DNA of 64,000 nt from Octopus sinensis. Its lineage: Eukaryota. The notes under the pieces were generated by a model, which was given only the letters and a program-made list of their open reading frames with translations, did not search any database and was not told where the DNA came from. The position numbers were made by a program, and so were the translations under genes. The stretch lies in assembly GCF_006345805.1 (NCBI RefSeq), contig NC_043014.1, positions 38,812,001-38,876,000 on the forward strand, written 5' to 3'. This document shows, in pieces, positions 1-12,640 of the stretch; the stretch's first letter is position 1, and every line of letters starts with the position of its first letter.

Positions 1-297
1 GCCCGGTGTCCAGAGGGTGAGCTGATTTGCGATGTCCTCCTCCCACCTCCATTTCCCAGCTGACGCAAACGCACCGGTGGGCAGCTGAAGACCTGGGCAA
101 CGACGATAAAGGAGGACCTCTCTGAACTCTCAGGTCCACAGGTGGTCGGTCTGCGCAGATGGAACCGCGAATGGCTCGCTATCTCCAGTGACCTCGCACA
201 GGACCGTCGACCATGGTTCGTGATGCCATTAGGAACAGAGAAGCTGGCTCAACCCGCCATGGATGAATGACATCACAAGTAAAAGTACAAGTAAGTA
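1..297 (+). mobile_element. 3' end of an RTE-clade LINE (RT C-terminus, 3' UTR, tail); 5' part outside the window
   Basis: Frame 1 reads ARCPEGELICDVLLPPPFPS*RKRTGGQLKTWATTIKEDL...GLRRWNREW...AQDRRPW, an RTE-type C-terminus. Ends in a CAAGT-like tail (276-297). 3' UTR resembles the copy at 13801-14352. Confidence 0.8.
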
Positions 298-321
298 TAG
301 TTGGATGTACCCCTAGAGATA

Positions 322-1200
322 TTCAAAGCATCACTTCATTGGTTGGATAACTTACTTCGGTGATATGAGCTCTCTCTAAGAAAATCGACAACACTGTTCA
401 AGTTGGTGGATGCTGAAGTGATTCAGCGTGCACTTTCATTCAAGTCCTTCGTTGATGGCATCGACTTTTCTAAATACAATCTCTCCAATATAATTGCTAG
501 GGATGAGACTACAGTATTTATGGGCCAAGGATCTAAAATGACAATTAAACAAACAGGCACCTCGTCAATTTACGTTGCCTCAACAGGTTATGAAAGTGCA
601 AGAGTTAGTTGTATTTTAGCAAAAGTCCCACCGCTTACCATCACAAAGGGTAAAAAAAAAAAGGAGAAAATGGAACAAGTTTCAGGCATTAATGTCCTCG
701 AAATGGAAAAGGTTTGGTGCACACAAGGTGATATAAGAAAATAGGTTGATTTAACTATGCCACTTGTTTTATGTGGTTCTCAAAAAGGTATTTTAGTCTG
801 GTATTTGGCCAGTACTCATCACGCAAAAGATATGAAAACCTTCCTTTCTGAAAGAAAAATTGACCACATAATTCCCATGGGAATGACTTCATATCTACAA
901 ACATTTGATCTTGTAATAAACAAGCCCTTCAAAGATTATTTGCGGATGGAAGTGAATGAATATATTGAACATAGAATTGAGAGAAATCAACATGGAAACT
1001 TTGTCAAACCCAACCTCCAAGAATTGGGTGAAGAATTCATGGAATAAAATTAACTTCAGATGTGTTGCCAATGCACTACATGCAGGGTACTTGGGCAAAA
1101 AGTGTTCATTTAAGGAAAGTTATATTGCCAAGCATGAGAGATTGGGGTTCATGATTCTATAGGAAATGGATTTGCAAGAAATTCAGTCTGACGTTCAGGG
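322..1200 (+). pseudogene. pogo-like DDE_1 transposase pseudogene (CENP-B-type HTH end plus DDE domain)
   Basis: FKASLHWL (HTH motif), NIIARDET (first Asp), LVWYLASTH (second Asp lost), IPMGMTSYLQTFDLVINKPFK. Broken by stops and frameshifts into ORFs 403-744, 757-1047 and 956-1162. Confidence 0.8.
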
Positions 1201-1266
1201 TTTGATTATTTATGACGAAGTTCCAAAAGAGTACTTGACTAAAAACAATAAGCAAATAAATAAGCT

Positions 1267-1400
1267 TTTGATAACTAAAAACAATTTTTACTATTTTTTT
1301 GATAACTAAAAACAATTTTTACTATTTTTTTTGATAACTAAAAATAATTTTTACTATTTTTTTTTTGATAACTTAAAACAATTTTTACAATTTTTTTTCC
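1267..1400. repeat. ~31-34 bp tandem repeat (x4) in the transposon 3' UTR
   Basis: GATAACTAAAAACAATTTTTACTA plus a T tract, repeated four times; T tracts of 7, 8, 10 and 8. Confidence 0.85.
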
Positions 1401-2044
1401 TTTTACATGAGGACAATGAGACTGTCCTTTCTTGGATTTTTTCAGCAAAACTATAAGACCTCTCCCGAAAATAAGCCCTAATGCATTTTTTTTGGATGCA
1501 AAATTAATATAAGACCGGGTCTTATTTTCAGGGAAACACAGTAGATACATGTAGATACATTAATATATACCTACCTACAAATATGCATGGATATATACAA
1601 AGGCAAGCATGAATGTGTCAATACATACAAGCAAGCATACATAGATGCACTCATGCATGCAAATAAATGCATATGCAAATGCACAAACACAAACACAAGC
1701 AAGAGTGCATATTCAAAATTCATTCAATACATATTTATACACATACACACTCAACATACATACACACACACAATTCAATGCCAATGTGTGTATTGTATCT
1801 GTATGTACGTGTTTACAAACACACATACAAATAAACGTACATACACGCACATGCAACAAAATCATGTGGAATGTAACAATGCAAAAACAAACTACCAAGC
1901 TGAAGACAAATACACACGAGTACAAATGCCCAAAAAATGACTAATATGAAACATTAAATGTCTTTTCCAGGTAGTGCTATTAAGTTACACATAGCCTAGG
2001 CCAATCCTGGATGAAACCTATCTAAGAGTGTATGTGTGTGAGTG

Positions 2045-2235
2045 TTAGCTCCTACACGCATTTTTTTCTCTCCTTGTTTTTTTCTATGTATCTTTCTGTC
2101 GAAGAGCATAGGCTCGAAACATAAAAGACTTGTTCTATTTCTATTCCTGAGTGCCAAACTAATACATTTGTTTGTTTGTACTCCACCTGCCTTCGTCTTT
2201 TGTTTATTTTCGTAAACCTTCCCATTATATATACA
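2045..2235 (+). mobile_element. Non-coding Penelope-like terminal repeat, family HH1 (other copies ~30418-30580 -, ~33025-33200 -, ~34805-34990 +)
   Basis: Four ~170-190 bp near-identical copies, each next to a TA/CA microsatellite and each carrying a hammerhead-like motif. Confidence 0.6.
2091..2128 (+). ncRNA. Minimal type-I hammerhead-like motif, HH1 (core variant CUGUCGA)
   Basis: UCUUU-CUGUCGA-A-GAGC(AUAG)GCUC-GAAAC-AU-A-AAAGA. Stems I and II pair perfectly; G16.2 is mutated to A in this copy. Confidence 0.55.
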
Positions 2236-2247
2236 TAATATATATAT

Positions 2248-2524
2248 ATAAATTAAATTAGAGATAAAACCACTATTAGGCAACTCAAACAGTGATAGAC
2301 TAATACATAAATAACAAAAAATATAAATATAATATAATATATATATATATATAAAATATAAAATTCTAAATTTTAAAAATATAAAAATTTAAAAATTTAA
2401 ATTTTATATTTTATATATTATATATTATATTAATTATATTTATATTTTTTGTTATTTATGTATTTGTTTATGACTATCCCTGTTTGAGTTGCCTAATAGT
2501 GGTTTTATCTCTAATTTAATTTAT
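2248..2524. repeat. Fold-back inverted repeat
   Basis: Perfect 45-bp outer arms 2248-2292 and 2480-2524, with imperfect AT-rich pairing inside. A related fragment lies at ~6330-6400. Confidence 0.85.
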
Positions 2525-2615
2525 ATTTATACTGTGAAAATTTGATTTAATCCTAAATCTAATTTTTCCCTGTAAGTTTGGAGCCATACTCCCTAATATT
2601 ATATATATATATATA

Positions 2616-2670
2616 CTAGCTGAAGGTGACCCGCTCTACGCGCGGGTAAGAGTGTGGTGTATGTATGTAT

Positions 2671-2726
<56 letters not shown>

Positions 2727-5700
2727 TATATGCACTTTGTATATATAAAAATTATTATATATACATATTTATATATAGATACACACACACACATATATAA
2801 ATTAACCCAATAAATATCTGATTCATAATATTTGTTGTCATGATTGAGTGGTTGTTGTGGCGATGATAATTCTCTCTATGAATGCAGACAGACGTAGAGA
2901 GTGAGAGTGTGTGAAAGCGCTGTGGAAGGCAGGGAGGGAGGATAACGGACGCTGTGAAATGACGTTATAAAGAGAAAGTGAATGTAAGGTAGGTAGACGC
3001 TGTGAAACGACATTATAGATAGAATGTGAAAGGAATGGAGAAAAGTGAGTGAGTGATGGAGGAAGACAGATACATAAAAGAATGAGAGTGTTGGATGTTT
3101 TGTTTGTTGGACCAATGTATTGAGGTAGTATTGTTTTATTGTTTTAAAACGAAAGAGGCAATGTATTTGTTTCAAAAATTAAAACATCTGTAATAGTGAA
3201 TGAAATTAGAATTCACACCCAGCTCAGTTTTGTAGAAAGAGTATCACGATGTGAACTCATGAGTTGGGAGTTTGACTGAGAGAGTTTATATGGTGACACA
3301 TGCCAGTCCTTTCGACACCACCTAAACAATGGAATAGTGTATAAAATGTAATTAACAACTCATTCACTTTATGAATGTCTTATGTTAGCGAAGAAACAAT
3401 AACTTGACAAAACCGTTTAATGGAGACGTAGAAGGAATCGGAAAATGAGGAATAAAGAGAATGAGTTGGATCAAATGTTTGCAAACATCTGAACCCAACG
3501 TTCTTTATGAACCATGTTCTTTTTAATGTCTTTATTTTCAAGAATGAAGAGATAATGAAGAGGTGCAAAATAAAAAATCAAGCAAAATTTCATGACTTAC
3601 AATCAGTTTTCTTTTGTCAGAGCCTCCTGATAAACCACGTTCCTTGTGCGCTCATGATTGCCAAGAATGAAGAGTTTATGTGGATTTCCAACTCGAGAAC
3701 AGGCTACGTACAATTGACCATGACTGAAAACCGGTTGTGACAGGTTAATGCCTACAATGTCCAGTGATTGTCCCTGTGACCTGTTGATTGTCATCGCGAA
3801 GCATAGTTTTATCGGAAATTGAAAGCGTTTAAACTGAATGGGAACATCAGAGGGTGAAATACTCATTTTATGTATCATTTTGATTGTTCCTACAAATGGT
3901 CCACTCAAAATTTCAGCAGTTATAACATGGCTTTGAATCCTCCTAATAACCATTCGCATAATAACCATTGCATATTTCAGGCGTTTCCATATTTCTGAGC
4001 ACCATGATTGGAGCACCAACTTTCAAACACAAATGATGAGGTGGAAGTCCCGGAGGTGTTAGCTTGTTGAGTAGCTCGGGTGGATATTTGGCTGCATCAT
4101 TCTCATCTTTATTTGTATCGATGGACATGAAAGAAACTATCTCACCAGGATTCATATCAAGTACTTGTTTATTTGTAGCATGAGCTGTTGTATTATGAGG
4201 CGATAGAATAGCTCTTGCTCTTAGCCAATCGAGATCCTGGAAGTTGGTTTCGACGTCAGGTAAAACGGCTCTTATAAGTTCTTCTACATTTGGAACGAAA
4301 TTCCCAAAAGGCAACCGAATATGCTCATCATCAACGAAAAGCAAAACTCCATCACGAAGATCTAATAGGTGTTTTGCGAAAGCCTCAGACTCCACATCAC
4401 CATGTAGGTGGACTCTCATGTTTGTTTGAAGATGGCGACTGATAACACTGTGCCACACATAAGAATGCTTTATATATGCATTAACCTCATCAGCTCTAGT
4501 GCCTGCTCGGACAACAGGAAGAGTTTGTCGAAAATCTCCTGCCATAAAATACGTAGCTCCACCCATTATTTTTGTATTGTGACGCAAATCTTGGAGAGTT
4601 CTGTCAAGAGCCTCAAACATGGCCTTATTACTCATTGTAGCTTCATCCCAAATAAAAAGACTGCATTCACGAAGAAGTCTTGCTCTTGAGGAACTACGAT
4701 CTATATTACATATAGGATTATCTTTCTTTCCAATGTCCATGGGCAATTTGAATGCACTATGTGCCGTACGGCCGCCTTGAAGCAGTGTCGCTGCAATACC
4801 ACTTGAGGCACATGCAATGGCAATTCGACGTTCAGCGCGCAGCTTTGCGAGAATCAAATTGATAACGAAAGTTTTACCAGTACCACCTGGAGCATTCAAA
4901 AAGAAAAGCTTTCCTTGGTTCAATCTAACGCTGTCAATAATTTCATTATAAATCTGTCTTTGTTCAGGCAAAAGTCTTGGTTCATGTCGCGTACTTGTTT
5001 CCGTCAATTCGGCAATGTTGTAGTTTTTTTCTGACATGTATTCAACATCCAAAGGCGCTTCATGATGGACAGGTGTTGGCAGATGGAATTCACTTAAACC
5101 GCGTATAACATAGCGTCTGATGTGTCTGTCCATGTCGATTAATGCCTCATTATAAACATCGTCGTTGCCATCACGTAGCGCTAAATTAGCCTGTATGTCC
5201 TTTGATAGGCTCTGTCTGAACGATTCCCAAAGGCTAAAAGGGTTGCTGGGATTACAGTGGATTAATATGCTACAAAACAATCGACGCATTTGCCATGGCA
5301 GTTTACAATTTGAGGCCTCTGCTAATGTCCTGTGTAAGTGGTCGTCATTGAGAAGAAGTCCGCACCTCAAACATGCTTCCCTGTAAGTGGCGCAGATGAT
5401 ACCATCATCCGTGCGAAGATCAACCAAAGACTTTCGTCCAGTAACTACATGAAGTAGCATTCTCAAAGAGATTTCCTGTTTGGTAGGATGAATATTATAC
5501 ACACGTCCAATGACGTTCTTCCTAGAAACACCGGGCCAATTGTCAAGTTCTGTTCCATGTGACCTGCGCTTCCAATTATTATTGTTGTATGTGTAATATT
5601 CCGGTACTTCAGGGTAAATGAGAGTAGCAGCAAACTCATCAACTGAACACAATTTAAAAAATGCTGTAAGCGTAGTCCCTTTTGGATTTTCAATGACTTG

Positions 5701-6874
5701 ACGTGCATTTTTCTCTGTGAAGTAAACCAGCTGTCTCTTCTGTAAATGAACATTCAGGTGGAAAACTGATGGTGAGCTTAGGTGAATCTTGTATCCAAAA
5801 ATGCGCCACGCTGCATAATTGGAGGATACATACCTACCGAAAACGAATTGTTTAATTTCGTCATGTCTAAGGTCTTCATCACTGAACACAAACACGGCCA
5901 TATCATCGCCCTTATTAATGTACTTGCAGAGGTATTGTATGCATCTCACCGAACTGCAGTACTCAACATTAATGTGTGCATTAAATGTTTTGGAAAGCAA
6001 AGGGTTGAATGGAACGATCCAGGCATTATCAACATCGAATGTTTTTAGCCGTTGTCTAATTGTAGTTGTGCGGCCACCCAAACCTGGGTCACATATATGA
6101 AAGAGAGGACGGGGAAAATGAAATATTTTGCAATGTAAACATGATTTGTTTTAAGAGAAAGATTGTCATGATTGTATGTTGGTGGTGGCGATGATAATTA
6201 TCATTAGGAAAAACATAAGTTGTGGCGATGATAATTCTAGACCCCTTTTCACATTTTGATGAAGAGAACCCGATTTCATTCAGGTCTACTGGGGCCACAT
6301 ATAGGTGTGTGTGTGTGTGCATGCTGTAGAAATTAAATTAGAGATCAAACCACTAATAGGGAAATGAAACAGTAAAAAAACAAAAACATAAAACTATAAT
6401 ATTAGATATATGTATATATGTGTGTGTGTGTGTGTGTGTGTTGACAGGTAGACAATAGAATGCGATGGAGATGGGGATGGCGATGTAATATTTGTTACTG
6501 TCCATGAACGCTGATAGATACATGAGTAAAATGTATAGGAAGGTAAGAGATAGAGTGAGTGAAAATGTTCTTGGAAGAGAGTAAATAGCGACAGAGTGAT
6601 TTGAGGAAGACTTTACATTAAATAACGGTAGTTGCATTGTCAAATGAAGAGGAGTGACAGAGTACTGGAGGAAATAGGGTGAGGTAGGAAGATGGCCCCT
6701 AGCAACCACACCTTTTAAGATAGGGATTTCTAAGGTAGCCCACGCGCATCGTCACCTCATTCTACATGTCCCTGTAAATTTTGGAGCGAATCGGACGGGA
6801 TGTAGTGGCATTGAAAGCGAACCAAGCGGTAAAAACGCATTTCAGTTTTATATATAGAGAAGATAGAGAAGAGA
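2616..6874 (-). mobile_element. Helitron, internally deleted, both termini present
   Basis: Minus-strand 3' end: hairpin CCCGC..GCGGG (2630-2646), ~10 nt, then CTAG|T (2616-2619). Minus-strand 5' end: A|TC(TC)TTCTCTATATATAAAACTGAAATG (6863 or 6874). Inserted in (TA)n with no TSD; contains RepHel coding sequence. Confidence 0.92.
3603..6081 (-). pseudogene. Helitron RepHel (Rep C-terminus plus PIF1-like SF1B helicase); 5'-deleted, one frameshift
   Basis: Rep motif 3 YLCKYINKG. Helicase motifs FFLNAPGGTGKTF, IWDEATM, AGDFRQTLPV, FAMTINRSQGQSL, FSHGQLYVACSRV. A 4-nt insertion at ~3960-3963 separates the 712-aa and 138-aa frames. The HUH motif is absent. Confidence 0.93.
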
Positions 6875-6947
6875 TATATATTCAATGCAAGGAAATAACC
6901 TCCTCTTATAGAGATATAAAACATCCTATTTTCACTGGTTAACCATT

Positions 6948-7356
6948 CAGGAGTGGCTGTGTGGTAAGTAGCTTGCTTACCAGCCACATGGTTCTGGGTT
7001 CAGTCCCACTGCGCGGCACCTTGGGCGAGTGTCTTTTACTATAGCCTTGAGCCAACCAAAGCCTTGTGAGTGGATTTGGTAGACGGAAACTGAAAGAAGC
7101 CCGTCATATATATGCATATGTAAATGTGCATGTGTGTGTATATATTTGTGTGTCTGTATTTATACCCCCAACATCACTTGATAACCGATGGTGGTGTGTT
7201 TACGTTCCCGTAACTTAGCAGTTCAGTAAAAAGAGACTGTTAGAATAAGTACTAGGCTTACAAAGAATAAGTCCTGGGGTCGATTTGCTCGACTAAAGGC
7301 GGTGCTCCAGCAAGGCCACAGTCAAATGACTGAAACAAGTAAAAGAATAAAAGAAT
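6948..7356 (+). mobile_element. tRNA-derived SINE family A (CORE-like), full length
   Basis: Head GGAGTGGCTGTGTGGTAAG...GGTTCAGTCCC, CORE-like ACCTTGGGC(A/G)AGTG, internal TA/TG microsatellite, tail GAAACAAGTAAAAGA(G/A)TA. About 20 full or partial copies in the window. Confidence 0.85.
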
Positions 7357-7362
7357 ACATAC

Positions 7363-7394
<32 letters not shown>

Positions 7395-7928
7395 TTATTT
7401 ATTTATTCATCCACGCATGCACACACATACTTATACCCATATATACAGAAAGGAAAATAAAGAAACGAGAGGAGGTTGGTGGGGGAGTAAAACAACAATT
7501 AAGCTTATGAAAAGAAAGAAAAATGATAGATAGATCCAAGTTATTGATCCCAGTATTGCAACATAATAAAATATTCATCTACATCCTTCGCCACCACCAA
7601 TTGATCAGCAAACCAACCAACCAACCAACAGACCGGCCAGCACACTATTGTACTGTGTACAGCTACCTGAATTGGATCATTCAGAATCATAGAGTTCCTC
7701 TGAGAAGACAAAGTACATCTATGATTAGATACTGATTGATTATATAATTTCACTGACTATTAACCTCATCTTTAGAGATGAGACAGTGAATTGGCAGTCT
7801 TTAAAAGCACCAGATAGAATAGAGTGCTTTGTAGTTTTGGTTCCAGTTTTCTGCACTCTGAGGTCAAAATCCTCGCCCACCAAGGTCAAAAGTCAGAGGT
7901 CAACTTTGCCTTTCACCCTTTCAGAACT

Positions 7929-7972
<44 letters not shown>

Positions 7973-8873
7973 TATCAGTCTAGAGGCTGGTTAGTTGGTA
8001 GAATTGTTAGAGATTTCAGTGAGAGGTTTTGCATTATCTCTTCAACTTCTTTGTGTTTTGGGTTCAAATTACAAAATCGGTGAGCTGGCAGAATCATCAG
8101 CACGTCTGACAGAAATACTTAGTGGTATTTCTTCTGGCTCTTTACATTCTAAGTTCAAATCCCGCCAAGGTCAACTTTACCTTTCATCTGATACTCCAGG
8201 TTTAATAGTGGTAAGAATCTCCCAAAAGGGCTGAACAACAAAAGGTCTCCAGAGAAAAAGAAACCCCACTCAGGCAAGTGTTTCATTCAGCCCTTAATTT
8301 CTTATACTCTAAGGGGGCTGGGCTGCATCCCAGTCATGACCCCTGGGTGCCCTTCTGCTGCCACTTTTTAGCCACTTAAATACTGGAGACATAGTCATTT
8401 AAACTGTCTGGAGATTTCAGTTAGTTGCAGCTCCTCTTCATTGACTCAGCTTTCGAAACTTATACTTAAAACTAGCTTAAAAGCCACATTCAGTGTTGAC
8501 TCCTGCAGAGGGCTAATTGGGCCTGAAGCCCAAAACTAAAAAAAAGCAACAACAATGAAGCATTTATTGGTACCCTACAAATATGGTATTTCTTTAAATT
8601 CAGTTCAAATGAAAAACTTGTAAATTCAAAACTGCCTTTTTTTTTCTTTTTTTTTTACCATTGATGAAAATAGTAACAGCCAGATTCCAAAATCAAGTTG
8701 ATTAACTATATCCATTCCCCAACAAAAATTCTTCCACAATACTGCAGCTGAATGTTACTCAAAATACCGATGTAGGTCCCAGCTATTGAAAGTTACTGTA
8801 CTTGATGGTTTATAAGGAGTCCTTGGCAGATTTAAGTTATATCTGAGTAGTAAATCAATAGAGAATGATTGAG

Positions 8874-9163
8874 TCATTTCATCCTGATGGGTGTGAAGGG
8901 TACCAGTGTCTGAGGTGGCTGTTCAAGCCAAGGGCCGTATAGAAGAACCAGAGGCATTTATCAAAGGGGAGGGTTGGCAGGGGATGAGGAAATGCAAGCC
9001 AGTCTTTGCATCTTTGACGTCTCATCTCTGCCTCTTGATGTCTGTTATTTTCCATCTGGTTTGTTTCTTTGACAATGACATGCTACCACTTAGGGTGGAC
9101 CTTGGCAATTGTCTCCCATATATTTGGGTCAATGGGGCAGCAGAGGAGAGTGGCTTTCAGTTG
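8874..9163 (-). pseudogene. Old RTE/BovB-like LINE RT C-terminal fragment
   Basis: Minus strand reads QLKATLLCCPIDPNIWETIAKVHPKW*...EAEMRRQRCK...DKCLWFFYTALGLNSHLRH, matching the RTE C-terminal pattern IDPxxWExLA / GLxSHxRxH. Confidence 0.72.
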
Positions 9164-9714
9164 GTTTCGGAAACAGAATTTGGGGGGGGGGCTCCACATG
9201 GTCTGGTGCCTGGGGACAACTCTACAACAAGGAGTATAACCCTTTCGTTACCATATTTATTTTGAGATGCTCTGTGTTTCTTTCAATTATTTTAAATATA
9301 ACAAAGAATTTAGTAAAATAACTTAGTTATCATTCAGCTAGTGTTAGGAACATAAATTGTGACTAAGGTTTGGTGGAAGATTTCAATTCAAAACTTATGA
9401 AAACAAGACATTTGTACTACAGAGCCAGTTTCAGCCAGGTTGGTAACAAAAGGGATAAACTTATATAATGCACCTTGATTTTGGCAGACCTTTTTCTTTA
9501 ATCACAGCTTGCTAACCCAAACTCTGATCAGGTGTTTGGAAGATAAAGGCTGATATCTGGAACATTCTTTTATAAGCAGACTGAGATGACTGGGCTAAAC
9601 TGTTTGGGCACTGATCATTTGGCACAGCTGACTGGTGAGTGAATCAGTTTGAGCAACAGTACTTTTTGGCATTTGGCACTTATACACACTCACACAGAAA
9701 TATACACAAACAGA

Positions 9715-9870
9715 GCACACACTGTAAAGTGGTTGTCATTAGGAAGGGCATCCAGCCATAGAAACCGAGCCAAATCAGACTGGAACCTGTGCAGCTCTAC
9801 AGCTTGCCAGCTTTCACCAATCCATCCAACCCATGCCAGCATGGAAAACAAGTGTTAAAAGATGATGATA
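9715..9870 (+). mobile_element. SINE family C (RTE-type 3' end with (GAT)n tail), partial
   Basis: GGAAGGGCATCCAGC...CCAACCCATGCCAGCATGGAAAAC...GATGATGAT. Other copies at ~12437-12610, 12640-12850, 26245-26600, 30680-30935, 34503-34790, 38610-38755 and 49430-49610. Confidence 0.75.
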
Positions 9871-10630
9871 ATTCAGTATAATCAACATATTTTCCCTCTC
9901 CTCCATACACCACCATCATTTTAACGTCTATTTTCTATGCTGGCATGGGTTGGACACACAGAAAAAATATGTAAACAGAAAGGGAAGAGAGAGATGAAGA
10001 GGGATGTCAAATAAGTCAGCATTGAATCAGTGATGCCAAATAAACAGTGCCAAAACAACTGCACCAAAATGTCTCATACTCACTTCTGAGTTATAAAAAA
10101 TAGTTTCTTGGTCATAAATCACATCACTTAGTGTCTGGCTTACAAACTTGAAATAACGCTCCTCCTTATTTCATAGTCAACTTTTCCGTCTCTTCACACG
10201 AAATGAATAATTAAAGAGCAAAGAGACAGACTACAGCAGGTTTCAAACACCAAAGTATATGAGATCCAAACTCATTACTGCAAATCAATTCAGACTTGAC
10301 CTACCTATTTTTTTTGTTCTCCATTTAACTGGACCTCTATCTTTAATAGATGCTAATTAACATCTTTTATATAGATGTTAATGATTGGAAAGCCATTATT
10401 ATTATTATTATTATTAGTGATTTCTTAATTGGGTTTAATGTTTTATAGCTATTATCTAAAATCATTGAGAGACATAAGGGAACCAATGAGAGCAAGGATT
10501 CAAAAATCAAGTTCTAGGTTACAGACTTAATAAATCTCTATGCTGTTGTTAGTATCTGACTTAGGTTCTTGTAATCAATAAGTGGAACGACAATGGTGGT
10601 GGTGGTGGTGGTGGTGGTGGTGGTGGCAGT

Positions 10631-11786
10631 GGCGGCGAGCTGGCAGAAACGTTAGCACGCCGGGCGAAATGCGTAGCCGTATTTCATCTGCCGCTACATT
10701 CTGAGTTCAAATTCCGCCGAGGTCGACTTTGCCTTTCATCCTTTCGGGGTCGATTAAATAAGTATCAGTTATGCACTGGGGGTCAATATAATCAGCTTAA
10801 TCCGTTTTTCTGTCCTTGTTTGTCCTCTCTGTGTTTAGCCCCTTGTGGGTAGTAAAGAAATAGGTATTTCGTCTGCCGCTACGTTCTGAGTTCAAATTCC
10901 GCCGAGGTCGACTTTGCCTTTCATCCTTTCGGGGTCGATTAAATAAGTACCAGTTATGCACTGGGGTCGATATGATCGGCTTAATCCCTTTGTCTGTCCT
11001 TGTTTGTCCTCTCTGTGTTTAGCCCCTTGTGGGTAGTAAAGAAATAGGTATTTCGTCTGCCGCTACGTTCTGAGTTCAAATTCCGCCGAGGTCGACTTTG
11101 CCTTTCATCCTTTCGGGGTCGATTAAATAAGTACCAGTTACGCACTGGGGTCGATATAATCGGCTTAATCCCTTTGTCTGTCCTTGTTTGTCCTCTCTGT
11201 GTTTAGCCCCTTGTGGGTAGTAAAGAAATAGGTATTTCATCTGCCGCTACGTTCTGAGTTCAAATTCCGCCGAGGTCGACTTTGCCTTTCATCCTTTCGG
11301 GGTCGATTAAATAAGTACCAGTTACGCACTGGGGTCGATATGATCGGCTTAATCCCTTTGTCTGTCCTTGTTTGTCCTCTCTGTGTTTAGCCCCTTGTGG
11401 GTAGTAAAGAAATAGGTATTTCGTCTGCCGCTACGTTCTGAGTTCAAATTCCGCCGAGGTCGACTTTGCCTTTCATCCTTTCGGGGGTCAATTAAATAAG
11501 TACCAGTAACGCACTGGGGTCGATATGATCGGCTTAATCCGTTTGTCTGTCCTTGTTTGTCCTCTCTGTGTTTAGCCCCTTGTGGGTAGTAAAGAAATAG
11601 GTATTTCGTCTGCCGCTACGTTCTGAGTTCAAATTCCGCCGAGGTCGACTTTGCCTTTCATCCTTTCGGGGGTCGATTAAATAAGTACCAGTTACGCACT
11701 GGGGTCGATATGATCGGCTTAATCCCTTTGTCTGTCCTTGTTTGTCCTCTCTGTGTTTAGCCCCTTGTGGTTAGTAAAGAAATAGG
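10631..11786 (+). mobile_element. SINE family B: one tRNA-like head plus six tandem 184-185 bp body units
   Basis: Head GGCGGCGAGCTGGCAGAAACGTTAG at 10631. Units start at 10679, 10864, 11048, 11232, 11416 and 11601, and each contains the B-box-like GAGTTCAAATTCC. Confidence 0.9.
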
Positions 11787-12043
11787 TAGTAGTTGTGGTG
11801 GTGATAGTGGTAGTGTATTGTATATCAGGTTAAGAAGTTCACATTGCAACCATATGATTTCGGGTTCAGTTCCACAGCATGGCATCTTGGATAAGTGTCT
11901 TCCACTATAGCACTAGGCTGACCAATGCCTTGTGAGATAATTTAAAAGGTGGGAAAGAAAGCCTAACGTAAATATGTGTGTGCAAGTGTGCAATTGCATG
12001 TGTTTGTACATATGTGAACCTATATATATATATATATATATAT

Positions 12044-12282
12044 CATCACAATCAAGGAACGGCCATAATAGGCCATTCACCCACTAGAAATAACAGCCAA
12101 AAGCTTCAACCGCAAAAATAACATCAATTCCGTAAACCAGGAGAAAATTAAAAAAACATTTACCCTGAAATTTTTTTAATTTTCTCCTGGTTTACGGAAT
12201 TGATGTTATTTTTGCGGTTGAAGCTTTGGCTGTTATTTCTAGTGGGTGAATGGCCTATTATGGCCGTTCCTTGATTGTGATG
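12044..12282. repeat. Near-perfect long hairpin (113/112-bp arms, 14-nt spacer) inside a (TA)n-flanked element
   Basis: Arms 12044-12156 and 12171-12282 differ by one indel. The element continues unpaired to ~12385. Confidence 0.92.
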
Positions 12283-12387
12283 TTGAACTTAAAAATGGTC
12301 TATGACTATTTAATTTTTTCCCACTAGGCCGCTGGTGGCAAAAAAATTCTACAAAATTTTTTGCCACCCTATATTGATTAATTATAT

Positions 12388-12419
<32 letters not shown>

Positions 12420-12605
12420 ATATATATATATATATATCATCATCGTTTAACGTCTGTTTTCTGTGCTAGCATGGGTTGGACGGTTCGACCAGGGTCTGGG
12501 AAGCCAGGAGGCGGCACCAGGCTCCACTCTGATCTGGCAGTGTTTCTACAGCTGTATGCCCTTCCTAACACCAACCACTCCGTGAGTGTAGTGGGTGCTT
12601 TTACG

Positions 12606-12640
<35 letters not shown>

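Larger units (their letters stand above)
298..1541 (+). mobile_element. Decayed pogo/Tc2-like (Tc1/mariner superfamily) DNA transposon, right part
   Basis: Right end GGTCTTATTTTCAGGGAAACACAG followed by TA (1542-1543). Transposase remnants upstream. The left part is interrupted by the RTE at 1-297. Confidence 0.78.

Noticed and set aside
10679-10863. Self-cleaving ribozyme inside the SINE B unit to explain multimers
   Set aside because: No hammerhead core or HDV-like fold found on either strand by eye.
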